Assembly: GCA_965644295.1 (NCBI GenBank)
Contig: CBFFRP010000281.1
Span: forward strand, 124,001-188,000
Length of the DNA stretch: 64,000 bases
From: Paraphysomonas bandaiensis
Lineage: Eukaryota > Protista > Chrysophyceae
Direction: 5' to 3'
Positions 27,817-40,185 of this stretch are shown piece after piece. Below the pieces are notes generated by a model. That model searched no databases and was not told the origin of the DNA. It saw only the letters and a program-made list of their open reading frames with translations. The position numbers were made by a program, and so were the translations under genes. Each line of letters opens with the position of its first letter. The stretch's first letter is position 1.

Positions 27817-29171
27817 CTAAGGATCCAAATTGGGGCGGGCCATCATGTGGCGGGAAATGATAACACGCTGAATCTGACTGGTGCCTTCGTAAATTTGATA
27901 TATCTTAGCATCCCTCATTAGTTTCTCCACAGGGTACTCTGTGTTAAATCCTGCTCCACCGAAAATCTGCAAAACAGGTTGATTAGGTAACATGTATAGC
28001 ATATAGCAATCAGAAAGATACAGATATTACCTGCACGGCATCAGTAACCACTTTATTACAGTGGTCGGCTGCGAATGCCTTGGCCATTGAGGCAAACATA
28101 GTGTTCGACCTGCCTTGATCAATTTCGAAAGCGCTCTTGTACGTCAGCAGCCGTGCCGCCTCAATACCAGTAGCCATGTCAGCCAACATGAAGGCTACAG
28201 ACTGGTGCTGGCAGATTGGGGTTCCCATCGACTTGCGCTCCTTGGCGTACGCCAGGGCTTCGTCCATAGCTCGCCGGGCAACTCCAACAGCCCCAATAGC
28301 AACAGGAGGACGAGTGTTGTCGAAAGCTCCCATAGCAATCTTAAATCCGGCACCCTCTGAACCTAGCACATTCTCCGCAGGTACGACAACGTTATCGAAG
28401 AAGACCGGTCTGGTGTCGGAGCACCGCTGACCCATATTCACAAGTTTCTCTCCAAATGAAACTCCTGGAGTATCAGAATCGACAATAAACCCTGTCATGC
28501 GTCTTCCCGCTCCCGCTCCCTTGTCCGTCACCGCCAGAACGAACATCCAGTTAGAAACACCAGCATTGGTAATCCACAACTTAGACCCGTTGATGACCCT
28601 GCGATAGTTGTCACATACTACATAGTACATAGCAAAAGTACCATGTAACTTACCATTCATTACCCTTCTTCTCTGCAGTTGTTGAGATCCCAGCGACGTC
28701 ACTGCCCGCACCTGGTTCAGTCACACAATATGCGCTCTTCAAGGGAGCTTCTGTCATACGCCCGAGGTATTTTTTCTTCTGTGCAGTGTTACCGGCCAAA
28801 ATAACAGGCATTTGAGCAAGAGTGTTGGCCTCGATAGCTGTTCCAATGCCTGAGCAACCATAGGCAAGCTCCTCACCAATCACACACCCGTCAACGGTAT
28901 GCAATCCCAATCCCCCAAACTCCTGTGGGATATGAGCATTCACTAAGCCAAGTTCCCAAGCTTTCTCAAAGACATCATGAGGAAACTCCATACTCTTATC
29001 ATACTTTGCAGCTACAGGGATAATTTGTTCTTTAGCGAATTGTCTCGCAAGATTCTGATAAGCTTTCTGATCATCAGTCAACTCGAAGTTATATCCACCA
29101 GATGATAAGCATCTGTTTACAGATAAATGACGAGATTTGGATACATTACGAGTAAAAAATTTAGACAACAT
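27817..29171 (-). CDS. ACADM: Medium-chain acyl-CoA dehydrogenase, mitochondrial (2 introns)
   Basis: [56 protein letters not shown]; presequence-like MLSKFFTR. Confidence 0.93.
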
Positions 29172-29740
29172 ATTCTTAAAATGAAGATATGGAATTATAT
29201 GCTGAAGAGGGTGCAATTGTGATGTATATCATGCAGCTGTTATCTGATAGCTTTGTATGCATGCATGCATATATATACCTATATACGGATAAGCAGTACA
29301 GAGGCTACGTATGTATGTACAGCTGAATGTATCTACACTCCTTGTGTGTGTGGCAAAATGCGGTTGCGAGCACCTCAATAAAATACAGTTGTATATCGAC
29401 TATACCTTAATATACTTTTTTACCAATTTTGTCCTTTTCGTCCTAAATTCCTGTAAAATAGATTGGTACTTATCTACATAAAACACAGTATCTATTTTTT
29501 TGCACTTAATGTCACAATTTTTTACAGCACCAAAAATACAGAGTATATGCTGTGTGTATATATGCATATTGGTGGTATGGTTTGCTTGCAACAACCCATA
29601 ATTATTAACCAATCTATTGCATTATATCAGGCCACTAGCCTTACAGAACTAGTCATTTCAGTGTGGTAGAGTCGTGGAGTGATACAGTACCTGGCAGGAT
29701 CATTTTCTTATCTAAATAATCAAGCCTTTTGTTAAATATA

Positions 29741-30812
29741 ATGCTAGGGCTTAGAAGACTAACTGCCACAGCTTTACCCATCTCCAATATTAGCTCGAGA
29801 GCGTTTTCTTCAATAAAATTCAAAAATGTTACTATTGATGGAGAGTACGTTTTAACGGATGTATCATTTTACTCAGAAAAAGGAGAGAAAATTGCATTGA
29901 TGGGTAATAGTGAGATAGGTACGTGTAGTCAGTGTTATGGAGTGTTATGGTTTGTTACTACTTGCAATAGGGAAATCAACATTTTTGAAACTGTTGAACG
30001 GAAGTGTATCTCCTACGCGTGGGGAGATAAATTTTATGGAGGGTAACAGAGTGCTGACATTCCAATCAGCGATTCCAAGTGATGCTAGTATGTGTACTAT
30101 CAACTCTTTTTTGACCAGAAATGTGGCTAACCCGTCTGGATTGAATAAGGATACCATTGATAAGGTATAATATAACTTTATTCAAGTCATTTTTTTTGTT
30201 ATGACGGTGGTTATGCTGCAGATTCTACGGGATGTGAAACTATCAGATGTCCGCCCCGGAAGAGCTGTCAGCACCCTCTCCTTGTCTCAACAAGCTCGTC
30301 TGCAGATGGCTGCGATGCTCCTACAGCAACCAGATATCATTCTTTTTGATCATCCCACTGATGTATCCACTGGTCTCTCACATGATGATGTGGAAGACCT
30401 TAAGAATTTCATTTCACAGTCGCCTACGACTTGTGTTATCCATTCGAATGATGAGGATTTTATGGACTCTGTTTCTACTTCTGTCTTGCACTTTGATGAG
30501 GACGTATCTGTGGGAGAACGCACAGTCTATCTTATAGATAGCCCCTATAGGGAGGCTAAAGCTGCGGTCGAAGAGGCGAAAGTGCGAGATGCAGAATCTA
30601 AGGCAGAGAAAGTACGTCAAGAGAAGTTGGAGGCTCTTCGTCATTCCAGGTCACCTGATGTCGTTGCCGAACTCGACCGTATTGGATTTGAGAATTTGGA
30701 ATCTGCCCGGAGTCAGGAGCAGTATATTCAAGCTATGCTATTGATCATGATCATGCATCCTCCTGCAGCCGTGCTTTTATATAATTTTGGCTTCCTAGAC
30801 GCCATCATGTAG
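29741..30812 (+). CDS. Degenerate ABC-ATPase (ABC-F-like) domain protein with presequence-like N-terminus and hydrophobic C-tail (2 introns)
   Basis: Spliced Walker A GNSEIGKST, signature region LSLSQQ, Walker B IILFDHPT. Confidence 0.75.
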
Positions 30813-31297
30813 CTCTTTTCTCGTAGCGTACATGTAATCCGCTAGCACGAGCATATGAGCGACGTGAGCATATTGGCGGATTGGTGCAAGTGATGTTCCA
30901 TTACATAGCATATATATATTCGCACTAATTAAGATTCCGGTGGTAAATAATATTCTTATCCTTTTGATATCGTAATAGCAAGATGCATCTTACATCTTAG
31001 TACTGTTGAATTCATTTAAGCATTTAAGCCAATAATGCATTAATAATATGATATTAGTGACAAACCCTAATAAAAATTAGTTGAGTACTTGATACACAAA
31101 CAAAATGGTGGTGGATAATATATCTGAATTTAGTTCTATTTATAAGTTAAATTGCAACAAATTACGACGGAAATGTCGTACAGTTATCACTTCTGCAAAT
31201 GGCAACAGCAATTTAATATACTTTGGCAATTTCAATTGGATATGACGATTGTGTAATACAATAAGAGAAAAAATACACACGATACTTTGTGTATTCA

Positions 31298-31882
31298 TCA
31301 AAACATATTGTTGGCCTGATCAGGTATGGTTAGGGTAGTACCTTTGCACTTTTCACTGAAAACCAATTGACATCCTAAGCGGGAAGTGTTGCAAGCACCC
31401 CAAGCATAGTCTAACATATCTAACTCATCATCTTCTGGAGGACTAAATTTATTGTAATGGTCGTCATCAACTATAACATGACAAGTTGAACATGCTGCAT
31501 TTCCCCCGCATGCCCACTCGATGTGTTTACTCAATATCTCCTCATCTGAAGAGGCATCATGCAATGTGTCTCCCTCCCGAATATCAATTTGATTTGATAT
31601 TCCTTCTCTCGGATACTCAACAGTTACTGATACTTTAGGCTTTTCATCTTTAGCTTTTTTATGTTGAATAGAGTCTGCCAAAGCCTTAATTCCACTCTCC
31701 CCAAAATTAGATAAACTACTTGTAGTAGGATTTATTCCAGATTGCTTTAATACAGATATAATTGATGATGATATTTCTTCATTATATCCTTTTGATAACA
31801 GCCAATCTTTTGCTTCTTGTGAAAATCTTCTGGTAATGTATTGTATAGAGGTCTGTATACGTACTTGACTGGATATTCTCAT
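31298..31882 (-). CDS. Adrenodoxin-type 2Fe-2S ferredoxin, likely mitochondrial
   Basis: ACGGNAACSTCHV and SRLGCQ motifs. Confidence 0.92.
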   Translation of the reverse strand: MRISSQVRIQTSIQYITRRFSQEAKDWLLSKGYNEEISSSIISVLKQSGINPTTSSLSNFGESGIKALADSIQHKKAKDEKPKVSVTVEYPREGISNQIDIREGDTLHDASSDEEILSKHIEWACGGNAACSTCHVIVDDDHYNKFSPPEDDELDMLDYAWGACNTSRLGCQLVFSEKCKGTTLTIPDQANNMF

Positions 31883-32481
31883 TATATATAGTAATGGTTA
31901 GATTAGAAGATAAGTCTCATATTACTTGAATAGAATAGAATGGTAGTTGTTTAGTGTAATGGAGATGGAGATGAATGTATTGGAATAGGCAGGACTATGA
32001 CGTGAGTGGAGTAGATTACTATCTATATGCTTCTGTTGTATGGTGTATGTACTGCTGTATATGTACTGCTGTATTGTACTGCTGTACAGCCAGTGGGTCT
32101 ATGAGAGATATAGCGTAGTGTATACTGCTGTATTATATCTTGTGAGTTCAATTCATACATAGTACGACCGCACGTACAATATAGTAGCTACATCATACAG
32201 CACATATACGACGTACAAAGTACGTATATAGCTATAGAGAGATCTTTGTATATTTTTGTTCATAGATGCCTCAAATATTGAGACAACAATTATCTGTATT
32301 CCATCCGTAGTTATATTGCAGTAATATAGAAGAGTTTTGCTTCAAATTACTCCCGAAAAATAAGATGCTGACTGCCGATACGTACATCCATATCTCAACA
32401 TACAAGTGAAGGATCAACCCAGATATCCATATATATATATATATATACAACCTTATCTCAATATATTCATTATTAAACAAT

Positions 32482-33846
32482 ATGTCAACTAATAATAATC
32501 TTCCTAAGATACTTATATTAGGAGGATGTGGATTTATTGGTAGAAATCTTATTAAATATTTAATAGATAATAACTGTGCATTATGGATTAAAATTGTTGA
32601 TAAAACTATACCAGCTATGTCTTATTTACATCCTATGTATGAATCTATATATGAATCTTCAATTGTTGAACATCAACAAGCAGATTTAACAAAGTATAGT
32701 GTATAACTCTCTCTATATATATATGTATGATCTTCTATATTTAGGCCAGAACATGTTGAGAAAGCATTTACTACATCTAAACATATTGAAAATATATCAT
32801 TTGATATAGTATTTAATCTTGCTGCGGAGACACGTCATGGACAACCTGAGTCGTTATATATATCACGTTGTGTAGAGCTGAGCAAACTCTGTGCAGCCAA
32901 GGCTCTTGCTTGTGGCGTGAAGCGATTCGTTGAGGTGAGTTATCATTTCTAAAGTAGTTATTTCTGACGTAGTTTTGTATAGTTGTCAACGGCTTTGGTG
33001 TACCCTGCAAATACTAGTCGCCCGTGCAGTGAGGATTCGAATGTGTCTCCGTGGACAACGCAGGCACGATATAAACTAGAGGCAGAGCAAGAAGTTCTCT
33101 CTCTCTGTGCCCAAGGGTTGGATGCAGTTATTTTACGTCCGGCATTTGTGTATGGTCCTGGCGATTACCACATGCTGATGACGAGGGCTGCGTGCGCTGC
33201 AGCTTATGTTCATCTTGGCGAGAAGATGTCTTTCCTATGGGACGCTGGGCTACGTATCAACACAGTGCATGTACTGGATGTATGTCGGGCAATGGTTCAC
33301 GTTACCGATCGTTCCAGAGTGCCTGCTGGTAGTATTTGGAATCTCTGCGATAAAGGGGATACTAACCAAGGGAAAGTGAACGCAATGCTGAGAGATATGT
33401 TCGGTATCACCTGCGGATTTCATGGATTTGTAATCAGTAACCTTGCCAGGTGAGCCCAAATACACATTCTTACTCTAGTGCTAGCTAATATCTATATGGT
33501 CATTAAAAGAATTCGACTGAAAGAGGTTGTGTCCCACGCAAATGAAAAGCACCTTGCTCCTTGGGTGGAAATATGCAAAAGGTACCGTGTAATACTGTAT
33601 GAAGTTTATTATTTTAATATGGATGCTACGCCTAATCTCTCATTTGACAGGCATAACATCCCTAATTCTCCTATATCTCCGTTCATGAGTCTAGACCTCC
33701 TTCGCGACAACGGCCTTCATGTAAATGGAGAAGCAATAGAGGCGACGGGGTTTCAATATACTTACCCGGAACTCACTGTGGAAGAATACCGAAGGTCCAT
33801 AGAGTTAGCAATCGAAGCTGAAATTTTTCCTAGGATATTAGTGTAG
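32482..33846 (+). CDS. NAD-dependent epimerase/dehydratase (extended SDR; multi-exon)
   Basis: ILILGGCGFIG, YKLEAE, LRPAFVYGPGD and VHVLDVCRA. Confidence 0.9.
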
Positions 33847-34828
33847 TGAAAAATACTTCTTTATTATGTCTAACTGTCTGATATGTGTTCATTAATGTTA
33901 GTACTTCTAAGTACATGGTAATACCGTAGTGGGTTTGTATCTATGATCAGCAGCTATGTTAGAAATTGACATTTCCAGTAACAAGACCTTGATAAACACT
34001 TATATAGAATATTATAATATTATGAGTGATACCATGCTTCATTCATTGACGTTCACCAACTCTTTTTATCTCTACTGCACCAACCATTTCTAGTACGATC
34101 TTACATCGTCACTATCTTGTACAGTGTACAGTCAGTATATTTCAGTTTCATCACTACAATGCCTATCATATTGTTGGTTCTCATTTCTCATAATACAGCT
34201 AGCTACTACTGTATTCCTTGAGTATCGGATATAATTCAAATATCTTGGAAACTACAGCTTTTAATTGCTCACAAACAGGAAAACTCAACAAGCTACAAGC
34301 TATACAGCTTAAGATATGGTCTATTGAATTAAGCCAGCCTATGAATTGGCAACAGTTACCAATAATAATCATTGCAATTATCATTTTTAAACCGTTTACT
34401 TGGCAATTCAACTTTATTGTTACGCAACAGGACTGTTTTTTTGCAATTATTTGTTGTAGCTCGCCTAATTACAATTGTTAATTATTGTCTAATCAAATTA
34501 GCTACTCATTAGAGGCACGAATAGCATCAACTGTACTTATCACGCCATTTGTATTAGGGTGCTTCATGCTAAGATGCTAAGCAGCCCTAAAGCGGCGGCA
34601 GATATCGATAGAAAAATAAATTGAACCGTGATGATGAACATACTTTTTAAGAATCATGAAATTTTTGAGTGAGTTCAGAATAGCTACAAAATACCAGACA
34701 GAATTGCTGATGCGTCTAAGCAGCAGCATGTACACTAGACCCATGTATGCATGTAAAGTCATTGTGGATGGCAAAACAACATACCATACATAGGACCCAG
34801 ACGTGAAACATAAGAACTTGCATAAGGC

Positions 34829-35891
34829 CTATTTATTGCCCTGTACCGCAAACACGATTCCTACAATAATCCCAACAACAACGAGGAAAATAACACACAG
34901 ACAAAGCTGCCTCTTTCTAATGGCCTTAGCGTAATCCACTGCCTGTACCATGTCCATGTTTCCCTCATCAATAAAATCGGATGCAGACTTTACTTGGAAC
35001 TCAATCTGGTCCAATAGTTCCCCCTGCTGTTCCGTGAGCTGTGCAAAGTCCACGAACATTTCATGAAGCTGGGCAACCGAGTGTTCCAGCGCTAGTACGT
35101 CTTGATACTTGTCCTGCACATTCCTGGAGGCATTACGGACCGAGTCCGAGGGTGTGCCTTTGAGGATGACATTCTTGAATATTTCTCCAGATCCACCGCC
35201 GCTCATCATCACTTGATCGATTTCCTCAGGGGTGGCATCCGGCTTAACGATCTGAACTTGGCGCTTCATTTTCTTCTTGATGTCCAACTTAAACTTTTGC
35301 TGCGCGTTTTGGTAGGATTTCATGACATCCACGAACTTTCTCGTCAATGTGTTAATAAGGTTTTCACGAATCCTCAACTCATTAGCCTCTTTCTGAGATG
35401 TAGAAGATGACGACTTAATGCTATCACACTCTTCTTTCAATCGTTGTAGCAGTTGCTTTGCTAAGGCAGCTTTTTTATTAGTTTCCGTTATGACGGGGGA
35501 GAGACCAGAGGTTAGCTCATGTTCTCTTTCAGGAGTTGTTGCCAAAGATACCTACAATATAACCAATTAAATACATATATAGAGAGAATAACAATATATG
35601 ATATTACCGCCTGATTAACTTGATAAATTTCTTTGGTAGTCTCTGATATGCTAACAATATTTTGTTTCACTAATTCAACATCATCAAAAAATGTTTTCAT
35701 AAATTTTGAATCTCCTGATCGAGTATTATTTGCAGCCATATCATGACGGACTAATTTATCTATAATAATATCTATTATTTCAATAGATATATGAGTATAT
35801 GTATATATATGTTACCTTTATCAGAATGAGTATCCTCTTTAAGAGGTCCAGGTGCTGCACCTCTTTTTAAATCAGCTAAACGATCATTCAT
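34829..35891 (-). CDS. Syntaxin-1-like Qa-SNARE (3 introns)
   Basis: N-peptide MNDRLADLK, Habc helices, SNARE motif LEHSVAQLHEMFVDFAQLTEQQGELLDQIE, C-terminal TM helix. Confidence 0.93.
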
Positions 35892-36227
35892 TTCTTTGAA
35901 TAAATAATAATATATTTAATTGATATTGTGAAATTGTTTGCAAGATGTATGCAAGACAAGTATGTTATTAAGTAACTTTAGCTATGAGAGTGTGCTGCAT
36001 CATACAATATCCACATAGACATGTATATACAACCATGTACTGGTATGGATGGATGTATGTATGGATATGTACAGTACTTACCTGCTGGTGCACATATCCT
36101 CATTTGTATAGGTACAAAGTGGGAGTGTAGATGTACAGTACAGCAACGGTGGATCCTAGTGTATGTATTCTGCTGCTGGTGAGGATCATGATATTTAGTT
36201 TGCTGCTTTGAAGAGCAACTCCGACTT

Positions 36228-36416
36228 GGAGACGTTTTTCAACAAAGGGGACCAGTCTGGTCCCACTTTATTTTTTTGTATTGTGTTTTTTCGTATGGAA
36301 TATGAGTGTAGAGCTTTGAAATTGTGGTCAAAATGACCACAATTTTTTTATTTCGAGTGGGACCAAATACAGTCCGACAAGTGGAGGGCTGGTCCACTTT
36401 GTCAAAAAACGTCTCC
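36228..36416. mobile_element. 189-bp MITE-like element
   Basis: About 30-bp imperfect TIRs GGAGACGTTTTTCAACAAAGGGGACCAG / CTGGTCCACTTTGTCAAAAAACGTCTCC. No clear TSD. Confidence 0.6.
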
Positions 36417-36424
36417 TTGTATAC

Positions 36425-39400
36425 CGTATACCACTGTCGGTCAAAACCGTGTCATTCCCTTTTTTTCAGTTTCTCTCTTCAGTTTGTATTTTGAGTGATT
36501 ATTATGATCATATCCAACTTTGTCACTCCGTATCTCTACTGATACAAAACCATCCACACCTATCAGCATATCCTCATGTTTATCTTGCTCTGCTCTTCCA
36601 AATTATCCAAATTGTTGTGGGGTTTGAGCTAAATACCGCTCCGTTCTGTCCCTCACATTTCACCTCTCCCGCAACTGAGATTCCACGATCCCAACCAACA
36701 GAGACAGACTTTAAGTGATGGGAAATGGTGTGAATGATGGGTGTTGTGAAAGTGGCGACATCTTACATCTGCTTGTCACCTCCCGAATGTTTCATTGTTG
36801 TGAATGTCACACTTATAGATCTCTCTGTCGCATGTGTACTGCACATATACACGTCTTAAGTATACATACATTGCACAAACGTATACGTATATGTGCTATA
36901 TATGTACTGCGCACACATATATGTGCGAATTATATGTATATGTTACATATATAAGTCTCTGTTACATACATGCTGCCCATATATATATGTGTGTGTCTCT
37001 GTCACAAATGTACTGCATATATATATATGTGCCATATGAATACTTCACACTAATACACGTCTGTGACACATATATACTTCAAACATCTATGTATGTATGT
37101 CATATATAAACTGCAAGCTTATATATGTCTCTGTTACATATGATGTGCGATATGTAAATATGTCATGTCTATGTTATATGTACACTGCACACATAAAGTG
37201 TATATCAGGGCTAGGGAACAATATATTGCAATACTATTGTGACGTATCGTCCCACCAATACCTAGTTCAATTGTATTTTAAGAGTCTATTGATACTATTA
37301 CAATGTATTGCAATATACATATTACAATATATTGCAATAGCATTAATATATATATAAGTTGTCCGTTGCTAATTACTTACGTTCACTTCATTTCTAGTAC
37401 TGTTTTTTAAGAGTACATGAGCTTATCACAAACTGTAATGCCTAACACCATTCCAATACTCGCATTAACGCCATATTCACAATGTATGTCTTCAATTCAC
37501 TATTATTTGAAAGATGTGTGCATCAGGCCACAAGTGGCGATTAGCTCTTGAAAATAGAATCACATCAAGTGTATCGGGATGAGTGAGCAATGAGTACTTT
37601 TGCGCAGGACGGAGATGATAAGTTTAGCTACGCTGACTAATCTTTCACGTGTATTTGACGTGCAGACAATATTGCTTATATAGTGTCTCTATATCATCTG
37701 TAAAGCGTAATGTTGATTTGGATGCAGACAACATGACAGTATACCTGTACCTTGGTGTCTAACGTTTTTCTTCTTCAGTTTCTGGGAGGCCTGCGTCAAC
37801 CTTTGTCCAACTCCGAATTTTTTATATTTAATATTGTTCTAACTTGCGATTATTATTATATTATGCATGTTGGGCAGTTACGGTTATTCATGGAGGGTAG
37901 GCTGCAGTATATGGTACGCAATAGTTGAGTCTGTACGTGTGTACTGTGCTATAGTAATTCGTAATTCCTACTTTCTATCATCTCTTGACATATTTGGATG
38001 GTGAAATACCTTAATTAACTATTCTTGAAGTCACACAGTAATAAATTAATAAAATTATAATCAACATCTCTCACTATTCACTGATATTCGTTACAATTAT
38101 ATTCTCTCAACTACCAAAAAATATTATCAGATCTTAGAAGCCACGATCTTATACAGTCAAAGTATTTCAGGTTCACTGCTTTTTTCTCATTCTATCTTTA
38201 GTTCAAGTAATACTGTATTCACTACTGCATTCTTCACGTAACAGCCGTAATTCAGATACCTTTGAAATACAGGTTCTACGAACAGCAAAACTCATCTCTT
38301 TCATTCGATGAGTAGTATTAATAATATCGCCAACATCAATGATATTACATTGCAAAAATGTAGACTTAATTAGATCTCTGGTCTTTTTAATTAATAGCAT
38401 GCATATAATTCTCGCGAGTTAGAATAATATTATATATGAAAAATTCTGAGTTGGACACAGAAGGTTGATGCAGTCCTCCCAGAAGCTGAAGAAGCGAAAA
38501 GTTGAGACATCAAGGTATCTATGAGTAAGGCTCTTCTATTATTCATCAAGCTACGGGAGAATAGTGATGAAAAATCTCTAAATTCGTTATATAGTCATGC
38601 GTTTTTCGTGTACACTTCGGTCAAGTAATATAAGTTTTGCAGAATCCACACAAGCTCAGTACACTACACACTACAGACACTATTCGTCACCTTTAATGAT
38701 CCGTCATCTTGGTAAAGATGTTTTGCTGTTTCTAGTACAGTGGTCCAAGAATTGATGCACCACCTACATGATTTCAATCCAAAAGTGATCAACTTTATGT
38801 CATTGTGGAATATCGTCTAGTTGATCGCTACATAGAACCCTATACCTTTAACTATGCTCACAAAATGCATCCAAATCAACATTACGCTTTACAGATGATA
38901 TAGAGACACTATATAAGCAATATTGTCTGCACGTCAAATACACGTGAAAGATTAGTCAGCGTAGCTAAACTTATCATCTCCGTCCTGCGCAAAAGTACTC
39001 ATTGCTCACTCATCCCGATACACTTGATGTGATTCTATTTTCAAGAGCTAATCGCCACTTGTGGCCTGATGCACACATCTTTCAAATAATAGTGAATTGA
39101 AGACATACATTGTGAATATGGCGTTAATGCGAGTATTGGAATGGTGTTAGGCATTACAGTTTGTGATAAGCTCATGTACTCTTAAAAAACAGTACTAGAA
39201 ATGAAGTGAACGTAAGTAATTAGCAACGGACAACTTATATATATATTAATGCTATTGCAATATATTGTAATATGTATATTGCAATACATTGTAATAGTAT
39301 CAATAGACTCTTAAAATACAATTGAACTAGGTATTGGTGGGACGATACGTCACAATAGTATTGCAATATATTGTTCCCTAGCCCTGATATACACTTTATG

Positions 39401-40185
39401 TGTGCAGTGTACATATAACATAGACATGACATATTTACATATCGCACATCATATGTAACAGAGACATATATAAGCTTGCAGTTTATATATGACATACATA
39501 CATAGATGTTTGAAGTATATATGTGTCACAGACGTGTATTAGTGTGAAGTATTCATATGGCACATATATATATATGCAGTACATTTGTGACAGAGACACA
39601 CACATATATATATGGGCAGCATGTATGTAACAGAGACTTATATATGTAACATATACATATAATTCGCACATATATGTGTGCGCAGTACATATATAGCACA
39701 TATACGTATACGTTTGTGCAATGTATGTATACTTAAGACGTGTATATGTGCAGTACACATGCGACAGAGAGATCTATAAGTGTGACATTCACAACAATGA
39801 AACATTCGGGAGGTGACAAGCAGATGTAAGATGTCGCCACTTTCACAACACCCATCATTCACACCATTTCCCATCACTTAAAGTCTGTCTCTGTTGGTTG
39901 GGATCGTGGAATCTCAGTTGCGGGAGAGGTGAAATGTGAGGGACAGAACGGAGCGGTATTTAGCTCAAACCCCACAACAATTTGGATAATTTGGAAGAGC
40001 AGAGCAAGATAAACATGAGGATATGCTGATAGGTGTGGATGGTTTTGTATCAGTAGAGATACGGAGTGACAAAGTTGGATATGATCATAATAATCACTCA
40101 AAATACAAACTGAAGAGAGAAACTGAAAAAAAGGGAATGACACGGTTTTGACCGATGACATGGTTTTGACCGACAGTGGTATACG
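36425..40185. repeat. Large inverted repeat (foldback): arms 36425-37726 and 38866-40185, spacer 1139 bp
   Basis: Mirror-image ORFs in the track. The arms are reverse complements except for an 18-bp duplication near the outer end of the right arm. Confidence 0.97.

Noticed and set aside
36449-40161. Paired identical short ORFs on opposite strands
   Set aside because: A by-product of the inverted repeat; no recognisable protein.
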